Shown: positions 12,991-22,176 of the stretch, piece after piece | How positions within the stretch are numbered: position 1 is the first letter of the stretch | Layout: the number at the start of each line of letters is the position of its first letter | Origin: Macrostomum lignano | Lineage: Eukaryota | Reading direction: 5' to 3' | NCBI GenBank assembly: GCA_002269645.1 | Contig: NIVC01000544.1 | Coordinates: 62,001-126,000 of the forward strand | DNA: 64,000 nt | Made by a program: the position numbers and the translations under genes | The notes under the pieces: generated by a model | What the model was told of the DNA's origin: nothing | The model's input: the letters and a program-made list of their open reading frames with translations, nothing else | Database searches by the model: none

Positions 12991-14479
12991 GCGATGGACA
13001 GTAGCAACACAGGCGCTTGCATCCCAATAGTCATTCCTTTTACGGACAGGTCGTCAAATATTGTACACGAAATTCGTACTGTTCTCTCAAAACCATGCAC
13101 AAGGGTTGTACACTGTTGCTGCGTACACTCGAGCACACTCTCTAAAGGACATTTTCTGCCCCTCAAAACTGCCTGCCTTAATTGATGGTATTGATTAAAT
13201 CTTTCAGAGTAAGCACTATAGAGCAACGTGCGACAGGGGCGCTGATGACTTTGTAGACTAGCTAACTCCGAAAATATTTTATTTCCCACTAACAATATAG
13301 ATTCGTTGCATTTTGTTATCCACCTATACTAAATCTCTAAAGTTATTTATACTAAAAACCATGACGAAAGCCAATCCACGACCGAAATATCGGTTCACTA
13401 CATTCATATTTGTTGTGACCTCTGTGTCTATCTTATAGATATTATAGATATCTTATAGATATTTCTTAGCTAACTTAATTAGAGCTGCTACTGTGTTTGA
13501 GTAGTCTTTACAAACGTCTATCTATCTACGAGTATCTAGCCTAGCTCGTATATCTGCCCAGTTTTTGTGGGCTTGTAACACTGAATGTTGTTACCCTTGA
13601 CTACTGTATTGGTGGTAGCTATAAAGGGCGTTGTATCTGAGAGCAAAAGAGGCAATCTTAGCTGGGGTGGGTGCGTGCGCATGTGAGGCTGGTGTGTTAG
13701 AGGCTGTACACTTTGTTAGATGCTGAAGCTGAGACACTTTAAAGTTTAAACGGTCGAAGTGTCTCAGCTTGGGAGCCTAGGCGTCTTGGTTGCTAAGTTT
13801 TTCTTTCTTTTTTCTTCGACCGTTTAATGTTTTGCAAAAATAAATTTGCCTGCAAGCTTTTGTTTGCGCAAAGGTTTTGTTTCTTGGCATCGCTAGTCTT
13901 GCTATTTTTCCTTTCCCCGCAGTTTAAGGAATTTTGCATGTACATCTACATGTACGAGTACATTTACAGCTGCAGTTGCACTTTTAGATAGCGAACTTCA
14001 GTTTCTTAGTAAAAATGAGTGGTCTACATCATCGGGAATGAAGTTCAATTTCTGCGAGCAGAGTTTGGTGACGAGATTTTTTAGACAATACCAGCGTACA
14101 TTTGTTCTGCCTTTTTTCTTTCCCACAGTGTAATAAATTTTGCATGTACTTCTGCATGTACATTTGCATGTAAATTGACAGCCACTATTGTACTTTTAGA
14201 TAGCGAAGTTCAGTTTCAGAGTACATCATCTGCTAAATCATCGGGAGGGAAGTTCAGTTTCTGCGAGCAGGGGGTAGAGTGAAGATATTTTTTCGGCTAT
14301 AAATTTTGTAGATTTTTTTTCAAAAAAGGACCATGCACTTCCTAGCTGACATCATATCGTTTTCTGCATAGTGTAAAGAAAACGGACAGCTACCTGGAAG
14401 CTTCAGCAAGTGACTATAAGTGAGCAGCAATTTCTTAGCTCTATAATCGAATTTTAGTTTAAATTCTGGTTTAGTTATA

Positions 14480-14820
14480 TTTATTATATTTATATATATT
14501 AAGACTCAGAGGGGAAGACCCTTGCGCGCACGCGCTCGCAGAACAGGCGGGAGGAGCAGGCAGTAGCCTGAGGTGTCAGCTCTAGCGCCTGCAAGTCAGA
14601 GGTGAGGCAGTCCGTTAGAGTGGCAGTGCGGGCCTGGCCGCGGCGCAATTGCTCGGTCGGCCGGTGCAGCATGGCCAGGGCCAGAGGGACGGGCGCACCG
14701 CGACCCAGGGTCCGTAGGCAGTGGCCCAGCAGCATCTGGCGGCGGCGGCGCTGGGTAGCGCTCGGGGGCGGAGTTCCAGCGCGGGCCATCAGAGCGTTGG
14801 TCGGCAGGCGATCCAATAGA
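14480..14820 (-). mobile_element. RTE-like LINE 3'-end fragment
   Basis: ORF 14499-14816 (RRRRQMLLGHCLR...LHRPTEQLRRGQART) resembles the C-terminus of the RTE at 10463-11026. GC-rich, with an AT-rich tail after the stop. Confidence 0.75.
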
Positions 14821-16315
14821 AGATTATTATCATAGAGACATTAAAGAGCCTTTCTATTAATGAAAAAAGCTAAATGAAGTTCAATGCAATTCAACGATTC
14901 ATAAGCAAACTACTTTTTCTTTGGTAGGTCCGTGTTTCACTAACCGAATTCGGCGGCTACAGGGAGTTGTCTCGGGGCTTGCTTTCAGCTGTGTGGCAAC
15001 AGCACGATTTGTACGATTGTAAATCATCGTACACATGCGTGAGACTAACTGAGCGGCCATCAGTGACTGTGAGTATCTATTTTCTACGCTTGTTTGTTAT
15101 GGATTGGCTGAGCAATCAACCTGTTGTTCTACTGCTCCTATGTATAACAAAAAAGTTCATTGCTATTAAAAGCCAATTTCATTCAAAGCAATTAAGTTCG
15201 ACTGAACTAGTTATAAGAAACATCTATTTCTTCCTTTAAGTGCTTCGTTGGCAAAATATGATTAAAATGTCCCCTCAAAAAATAGAAACTATAGAGTCCA
15301 CGACCAAGCCACGGCACGGACAACTGAAGTGTCGTTTATATATACTTTCTTATCTTGTCACTTGACCAGTCTTGAACACGAACAGGCAACTGCGTCATCG
15401 TTCATTAGCTTGGCTCGTTACTCATATTCAAACTTGCACCAAAATGTGACTGATTTAGCAATATCTCTCAACTCGTTAAAATACTTTACCACCTGAATGC
15501 ATTTTATAACTTTTAAAGAATTTTAATGCTAAAATCCTATTTTATAATTTTTCTCCTTTGGATTAAATGTGAATGCTTTACTTTCAAATTGGAATCATGA
15601 ATCGCCCCCGAATGTCGTCAGCATATCTATGAACTAGCTACTCCACTTCTCGAAAAAATCAAACTCGTCGAATTCTCAGTCAGACTCTGGTGGGTAGTAA
15701 AATCGTCTCAGACCAATTTATTTGTTTTGAAATCCACCGAAAGTTTAAAAACGATTGAGCCAACACAGCTTGAACAGATAAGGATCGGGCATGCTATCTG
15801 GTAGAAGTGATTAAATTCCAGCCTAAAAGCAAAGGGGTGTCATTTTAAGCAGCTCAAAAGTGAGCTCGGGACCGAATTGATAAACCATCCCAGCTGAATG
15901 GGATGGTTCAACATGGTAGATTGGTGGTGGAGTAGCTGGTCCAATGATTTTCTTGGCTCAGATCGGTTAATTTGTTCGCAGTCAGATTTTGGGCTCCGCT
16001 CTTGTTCTGATCGATACGTTTACATTATATTGCCTTATTTAGTGATAAAAATAGTTTCTTGTGCAGATTTTTAACAATGATCATTAGAAGTTACAACGTT
16101 CGTGATACAATGGTAACTTTCAGAGGTCCTTGATTTTTAACTTCAGATCCTTACTCTAATTAACCAATTTTTGCCTCTTTATCAATCAACTTATTACCCA
16201 GTTCCGTATTAGCACTTATATTTGCTATTTTGCGTTAAATCAATACTACAGACAGAAGACTGAAGCCGAGAAACTTCAATTACAATCAAATAGTCTGTTC
16301 TGTTCGAGTGAAGAA

Positions 16316-19300
16316 ATGGAACAGCAGGTACCAGCTGAAAATCCGATGAAGCAGCAACAAGAAGGCATCCAGCAGTCCGTGGAACAGCAGGGAACAGCTG
16401 ACGATCAAATGAAGCAGCAACAAGAAGGCACCCAGCAGTCCATGGAACAGCAGGGAACAGCTGACGATCAAATGAAGCAGCAACAAGAAGGCACCCAGCA
16501 GTCCGTGGAACAGCAGGGAACAGCTGACGATCAAATGAAGCAGCAACAAGAAGGCACCCAGCAGTCCGTGGAACAGCAGGGAACAGCTGACGATCAAATG
16601 AACCAGCAAAAAGAAGGCATCCAGCAGTCCGTGGAACAGCAGGGAACAGCTGACGATCAAATGAAGCAGCAACAAGAAGGCACCCAGCAGTCCGTGGAAC
16701 AGCAGGGAACAGCTGACGATCAAATGAAGCAGCAACAAGAAGGCACCCAGCAGTCCGTGGAACAGCAGGGAACAGCTGACGATCAAATGAAGCAGCAACA
16801 AGAAGGCATCCAGCAGTCCGTGGAACAGCAGGGAACAGCTGACGATCAAATGAAGCAGCAACAAGAAGGCACCCAGCAGTCCGTGGAACAGCAGGGAACA
16901 GCTGACGATCAAATGAAGCAGCAACAAGAAGGCATCCAGCAGTCCGTGGAACAGCAGGGAACAGCTGACGATCAAATGAAGCAGCAACAAGAAGGCATCC
17001 AGCAGTCCGTGGAACAACAGGGAACAGCTGAAGAACAAATGAAGCAGCAACGAGAAGGCACCCAGCAGTCCGTGGAACAACAGGGAACAGCTGAAGAACA
17101 AATGAAGCAGCAACGAGAAGGCACACAGCAGTCCGTGGAACAGCAGGAGCTGAAAGATAAAAAACGTGTAAATAAATCTTCAGCGGAACAGCACCTGGAG
17201 CAAGCTACACAGGAGGCGAGACGGCAACAACGAGTGAAGGAACCCATAGAAGAACAACACGAACAAGAGCAAGATGAGATTTACAATGAAGAACAAATTG
17301 AACGGGCGACTGAAATCCAGGATGTTGTCAAACATCTAGGATTGCAAGACGTGTTTCCATCTAAAATTTCTTTCCACGAGATTATTAAAATTTATAGTCC
17401 GATCACAGAGGCCAGTCAGTCTCATTCAGATAAAGAAGAAGATAGACACGATCGTCAACTTTCCGTTTCAACAAGAAGGGCGTGGAGACTGCTGCACGGA
17501 CTGATGGCCAACCGAGCTTCTTTCAGCGAAAACTCAGAGGACCAGGACGCTGAGCAATCACAGGAAACGGAACTTCATCCCACAGACATTTTGCTCGCCT
17601 GCTTCCTGTGCAGTGACAAGGAGCTGCAGCAAATCCTGTGCCAGCGGCTATTTACTTGCAAAATCGCTTTTCCCTTCGTCTACCCTGGAAGCGATGGTCA
17701 ACTTATCAGGAACCTGTGGAGCATGAGAGACATAGTGGTCGAGTACCGTGATGAGAACGACAAGCACGTGGAAGCGAATCTCGTGTCAGAAGGTCACTCT
17801 TTGTTTACTATTTGCTTTGCTAGAGTCGGAGAGCTCAAACTGTCCAAGTCTAAGATTGTAAACGGCTTGCTGAGCAGCAGCGGACACGACAGTTTCATTC
17901 ACCGCGACTGTGCTGATGGTGATATTGACAGGAGAATCTCCAATGGCGTCGTGGAAGCAACCATAAGTCTGCCGACGGGTAATCGAAAAAAGGAATTGAG
18001 CAGACCAGCGCTTGTGCTCAATCTCAGAGGAGACCTGGCATATTGCGAGCAGCAGATGCAGTTTATCTCTGAGGTTTCTCAAATTTCGGTTGTATTTGTC
18101 GAATTCGAAAGCCTACAAGAGCCATCATCACTTGATGTCATTGAAATGCTTTCAAAGACCACTAACGTCGTTCTTGTTGTTTGCAAACAAAAAGCGACGC
18201 AAAATCTAAGCAATGTGACGTCACAGAGGCTTCAGAAAGTTGTCAGTTCCACAGTCGACACGTTCAAGGCAAAGCGTCGCAAGAATCAAGCAGATTTGCT
18301 AAGCGACATTCGAACCTCAATTAATCAACTCATGTCAATCGAATTGCTGCAGAAGGATACGTGCAGCACCCCAATGGCGGCAAATATTTTAATGGATGAA
18401 GATGAGCCAGTGCTGGAGCTAAAAAAGCAGGCTGAACTGGCTTTCAAATTTATAAATGACACCGAAATTTCGCAATTCAAGCAGAAATTCCTGCCACTAC
18501 AGGACATCTGGCGGGAATACAGTCAGCTTCATAAAGAGGAAAACTCGTCGAAACAGTACCAGAAAGGTCTAGAACAGCTACAGTCTCAGAAAGCGAAACT
18601 CCGAGAAAAACAGTTTCAATGTTGCACTCAAATGAGCGAATTCGTCAAGATATTCATCGAGCTCCTGCAGAATATTTCGCAAAATTCTAAGTCTTCGACT
18701 GGACTGGAAAGTCGGCTCTTTCTGCAGTGGATGCGAATTTTTTTCGACCAGACTTCTCGAAAGCATCTACCGCTCATTTCAAAGAAAAGAAACGAGCTTA
18801 GAACTCAGCTGCAGGAGGCTGAAGGCAGGAGTGACAAGACGAAGGTGGATGAAATTAAAAAGCTGGTTCAGCAGGTCGAGCATAAAATCGTGAACTCGTC
18901 AGTCGGGTTGGAGAACGTATTCCGAGAGATCGGTCAGATGTTCGAGGCTGTGAAGGAGAACTCGAGTTCTGTCTCTCAAGGTCTTGCAGACGTGGCTCAG
19001 CGATTGCCTACCATGTTTGCTCAGCTGCTTTTATGGGGGATTCCGCTAGAGATTCTTGATGGAGATGCCAGCAACATCGCAACTTCGTGGGTGACAGCAG
19101 TACTAAAAGCGTGCCAAGATATGGTCGGTCAAAAGAGAATTTTCGTAATATCAGTACTTGGACTTCAGAGCTCCGGCAAGTCCACTTTGCTGAATACCAT
19201 GTTCGGTCTGAAGTTCCCAGTGAGTGCCGGTCGCTGCACCCGTGGGGCTTTCTTACAACTCGTCACTGTCGATGCATCTTCAGATCTGCCTTTTGATTAC

Positions 19301-22162
19301 GTTGCCGTCATCGACACCGAGGGTCTCAGAGCTCCTGAACTCGCATTGGAGAAGCATCAGCACGACAATGAGCTCGCCACGCTTGTCATTGGTCTTGGTG
19401 ACGTCACACTCATAAACATTAAGGGAGAGAATACAGCAGAGATGAAGGATATCCTACAGATTGCGATTCACGCATTCATTAGAATGAAGATGGCCAACAA
19501 AATGCGAGATCTGCACAGAAAATGCATTTTCGTGCATCAGAATGTGCCAGCTGTCGGAGCAAAAGAGAAAATGAGCGACGCTACCTTTAAGATGGAGCAG
19601 AGCCTCGACGAGATCACGAAGGAGGCTGCTGAAGGTGAAGGACTTAGTAACATCACGAGATTCTCGCAGATACTCGAGTTTAACAGAGATACTGACATAT
19701 ATTATATGCCCGATCTGTGGCACGGTGACCCTCCTATGGCACCTGTGAATCCAGGATATTCCTTCAAAGTCCAGGAGGTAAAGAATTCTCTTCTCAAGCC
19801 ACAGAACGCGCAAATGAAATCATTTCTCAGCTTCAATGACTTCTCTCTGCGAGTGAATGACATGTGGAAAGCCATCATGTCAGAAGATTTCGTCTTCAGC
19901 TTCAAAAACAGCATCGAGATGAAGGCCTACAATCAAATGGAGGCAGCTTACTTTGAACTTATCAATCAAATGGAATCTGAAATGAAAGACTGGCTGCATA
20001 AGACGGCGACAGTTGAGGTAAAAAAGTGTCAGTCTTCTCAACAGGTTCAAGAAACGCAAAGGAATCTGCAACGCCAACTTCGTACCCTGAGTGACAGTCA
20101 AGTTTCAGAAGCAGTTCGAAAGCTCGATAATTTTTTCAAGGAAAATCAGTACAGCGAATACACCATTCAGTGGAAGGAGAAGAAGATGAATTCCATCAGG
20201 AACTCTGCAGACGATAAGCAGAACGACATCAAAAAGAAGATCGATGGCTTGTGCAGAGTCCAACAGCTGCAGGCAAGTCAAAAAGAGAGTCAGACAGAGT
20301 GGAGGAAAATGATTATTACAAACGCAAAGCAACTTGCAGAGACTCTGAAGCCCGATGAGAATGAGCAAACGCTAAAAGATAAATTCGAGTCAATGTGGAG
20401 TACTGGGACTCAAGATCTGCCACAACACCAGGATGAGACAGTCACGTCTGTTGAGAACATAGTGATTGAGTTACTTAGAAAAAAATACCAGAAGGAATAT
20501 GAGACCATGAATTTTTACGTGGAGTGTTTTCCTTTTACAGCAAAAGGCAGCTCAGTGACACTCACAGGTGAGGAAGTCTTCAAGAAGATTGAGGTTAGTG
20601 AGATTCTTAATACAGAGCAACATAATTTTGCAAAAGACAAGAAGAAAAGAGGAGCTTCAAAAACAACTGATAAATCAGAATCTGAGCGAAAGACTGAGCC
20701 AAGACTAGTGGAACTCGATTTTTCTGCACTAGAAAAATGTGCCAATTTTTTTGGACTAAGCTCAAAAAAGGAAAAAGAGGCTGCAGCTGCACAGAAGGTC
20801 GCTCGCACTTGTCAGGATGCCATCGATTTAGTCAAAGTTGAAGTTGAACAACTTACCAATCAAAATCGATGGTTTGACTCAACTGACGCTACAAGAATTA
20901 TCGAGACAGTTTGCAGAGTACTGCAAGGATCCGCGGTGGCTCTCAGATCTGAAGGAATCAGCACGACTACAGCACTCGAAGTGAAACTCGTGGTCATGAG
21001 TCTCTCCTTTGCATATCCTACATTCGAGGCAGTTGACAAGAAGTTCAGAGAGGACCACAGCGTAAAGTCTGAGTTGCAAAAAATGAAGCAGCAGGTGTTC
21101 AACATGTTTAAAAACATGGTAAAGCAGCAGAAAGCCGCCAAGATCGCAGCCGACTTCTGCAGGGATCACGTTGCCAAGTTGACGAAGGAGGCCATTGCTA
21201 GGCAGATAACTGACAAGCTGAGACCCCACATTCTCAAGGAGATAGGCAACACTAAGTACTACCTTATCGTGAAGATGCTCAGTGACATGGCTAATCGAGA
21301 AGACTTTGGCGGAATATTACATTACGTCAAAGACTCTTATTCTGCTGCTCAAAAGTGGCTTCTGCCAGTGGTCAACAAGATGACATTCCATGACAAAAAA
21401 GAACTGGGAGGAGAATCGGTGACTTTCTATAGTCATGTCATTGAAGTTGAGCTGATGCACCCTATCTCTAAATGTGTTAAAGAAGCGGCTGTTGATGCTA
21501 AGAAATCAGATACCTCTCTCAAGTCATGGATTGAGAAATTTTGTGGCAGTGTGCAAAAAGAGCTGCCTATCACACAGGACGATCTGGCGCCCATGCTCGA
21601 ATACGACATCCAGAAAGTAGACGATGTAGTTGAGTTTCTCACGAAGGGAATCGCTGAAGTAGAGAAGCAGCTAATGGGTGAATATCGTCAGATGAAGGCG
21701 AACGACATTGATTGCCAGGGAGATTTGTGTTCAGGTCTTCTCAGCGACATGTGGGGCTGCAAGGAGCAATGTCCCTTCTGCAATGAGCCATGCTCGAAAA
21801 CATCGGCCGATTCCGACCACCACTGCATTCAGCACCGACCACAAGCAGTAAATGGCGTAAGGGAGCTTGGAACTTGCGAGGCGACGTTTGGAACTTGCGA
21901 ATACTATGTCAGCTCCGACTATGGTTTCCTCAATTTTCACGGAAAGAGTGGACAGTACAAAGAGTACAGAAAATATTTCTCGGATTGGACGATCAATCCG
22001 GATGCATCAAATACAGGTTCGAAATTCTGGATGTGGTTCTGCTGGCGCTTTGAGGATGAGATCAAGTCTAGACATGTTTTTAAGACGAACAGACTGCCTG
22101 GCCAGTGGAAAAATGTATCTAAGCAAGACGCCATCGATAGTCTAAGATTGTTGCTAAATTGA
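16316..22162 (+). CDS. GVIN1: Very large inducible GTPase (VLIG; GVIN1/URGCP family), 1948 aa in one large exon; may have an upstream exon
   Basis: G1 motif ISVLGLQSSGKSTLLNTMFGLKFPVSAGRCTRGAFLQL (~19150-19260), G3 motif IDTEGLRA, HDNELATLVIGLGDVTLINI, LWHGDPPMAPVNPGYS, FVFSFKNSIE, an N-terminal HPTDILLACFLCSD..LQQ..CKIAFP block, and a C-terminal GCKEQCPFCNEPC..HHCIQHRPQAVNG block. All are characteristic of VLIG/URGCP proteins. Confidence 0.93.
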   Translation: MEQQVPAENPMKQQQEGIQQSVEQQGTADDQMKQQQEGTQQSMEQQGTADDQMKQQQEGTQQSVEQQGTADDQMKQQQEGTQQSVEQQGTADDQMNQQKEGIQQSVEQQGTADDQMKQQQEGTQQSVEQQGTADDQMKQQQEGTQQSVEQQGTADDQMKQQQEGIQQSVEQQGTADDQMKQQQEGTQQSVEQQGTADDQMKQQQEGIQQSVEQQGTADDQMKQQQEGIQQSVEQQGTAEEQMKQQREGTQQSVEQQGTAEEQMKQQREGTQQSVEQQELKDKKRVNKSSAEQHLEQATQEARRQQRVKEPIEEQHEQEQDEIYNEEQIERATEIQDVVKHLGLQDVFPSKISFHEIIKIYSPITEASQSHSDKEEDRHDRQLSVSTRRAWRLLHGLMANRASFSENSEDQDAEQSQETELHPTDILLACFLCSDKELQQILCQRLFTCKIAFPFVYPGSDGQLIRNLWSMRDIVVEYRDENDKHVEANLVSEGHSLFTICFARVGELKLSKSKIVNGLLSSSGHDSFIHRDCADGDIDRRISNGVVEATISLPTGNRKKELSRPALVLNLRGDLAYCEQQMQFISEVSQISVVFVEFESLQEPSSLDVIEMLSKTTNVVLVVCKQKATQNLSNVTSQRLQKVVSSTVDTFKAKRRKNQADLLSDIRTSINQLMSIELLQKDTCSTPMAANILMDEDEPVLELKKQAELAFKFINDTEISQFKQKFLPLQDIWREYSQLHKEENSSKQYQKGLEQLQSQKAKLREKQFQCCTQMSEFVKIFIELLQNISQNSKSSTGLESRLFLQWMRIFFDQTSRKHLPLISKKRNELRTQLQEAEGRSDKTKVDEIKKLVQQVEHKIVNSSVGLENVFREIGQMFEAVKENSSSVSQGLADVAQRLPTMFAQLLLWGIPLEILDGDASNIATSWVTAVLKACQDMVGQKRIFVISVLGLQSSGKSTLLNTMFGLKFPVSAGRCTRGAFLQLVTVDASSDLPFDYVAVIDTEGLRAPELALEKHQHDNELATLVIGLGDVTLINIKGENTAEMKDILQIAIHAFIRMKMANKMRDLHRKCIFVHQNVPAVGAKEKMSDATFKMEQSLDEITKEAAEGEGLSNITRFSQILEFNRDTDIYYMPDLWHGDPPMAPVNPGYSFKVQEVKNSLLKPQNAQMKSFLSFNDFSLRVNDMWKAIMSEDFVFSFKNSIEMKAYNQMEAAYFELINQMESEMKDWLHKTATVEVKKCQSSQQVQETQRNLQRQLRTLSDSQVSEAVRKLDNFFKENQYSEYTIQWKEKKMNSIRNSADDKQNDIKKKIDGLCRVQQLQASQKESQTEWRKMIITNAKQLAETLKPDENEQTLKDKFESMWSTGTQDLPQHQDETVTSVENIVIELLRKKYQKEYETMNFYVECFPFTAKGSSVTLTGEEVFKKIEVSEILNTEQHNFAKDKKKRGASKTTDKSESERKTEPRLVELDFSALEKCANFFGLSSKKEKEAAAAQKVARTCQDAIDLVKVEVEQLTNQNRWFDSTDATRIIETVCRVLQGSAVALRSEGISTTTALEVKLVVMSLSFAYPTFEAVDKKFREDHSVKSELQKMKQQVFNMFKNMVKQQKAAKIAADFCRDHVAKLTKEAIARQITDKLRPHILKEIGNTKYYLIVKMLSDMANREDFGGILHYVKDSYSAAQKWLLPVVNKMTFHDKKELGGESVTFYSHVIEVELMHPISKCVKEAAVDAKKSDTSLKSWIEKFCGSVQKELPITQDDLAPMLEYDIQKVDDVVEFLTKGIAEVEKQLMGEYRQMKANDIDCQGDLCSGLLSDMWGCKEQCPFCNEPCSKTSADSDHHCIQHRPQAVNGVRELGTCEATFGTCEYYVSSDYGFLNFHGKSGQYKEYRKYFSDWTINPDASNTGSKFWMWFCWRFEDEIKSRHVFKTNRLPGQWKNVSKQDAIDSLRLLLN
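16346..17150 (+). repeat. Coding 63-bp (21-aa) tandem repeat, 12 full units plus 1 partial
   Basis: Unit MKQQQEG(T/I)QQSVEQQGTADDQ. Unit ATGs run from 16346 to 17102, which is 12 x 63 bp. Confidence 0.97.
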
Positions 22163-22170
22163 CACTTGCG

Positions 22171-22176
22171 AATAAA
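22171..22176 (+). promoter_or_regulatory. Possible polyadenylation signal
   Basis: AATAAA 9 bp after the VLIG stop. Motif match only. Confidence 0.25.

Larger units (their letters stand above)
6470..13470 (+). mobile_element. Decayed Penelope-like retroelement (PLE) with nested insertions; 5' boundary uncertain
   Basis: Frameshifted PLE motifs occur in order: SSSVLNLSTCTL*LHSVLKRNLSF (~8535-8610), [38 protein letters not shown] (~9315-9430), DVESLYTNIP (~9590), INFLDCSV...VYFKP (~10000-10080), FLRYARRC (~10155), and GIY-YIG (12650-12990). Confidence 0.75.

Noticed and set aside
16209-17126. Long antisense ORFs (305 and 275 aa) over the VLIG repeat
   Set aside because: Shadows of a stop-free 63-bp repeat. 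The sense frame continues into a recognisable protein.
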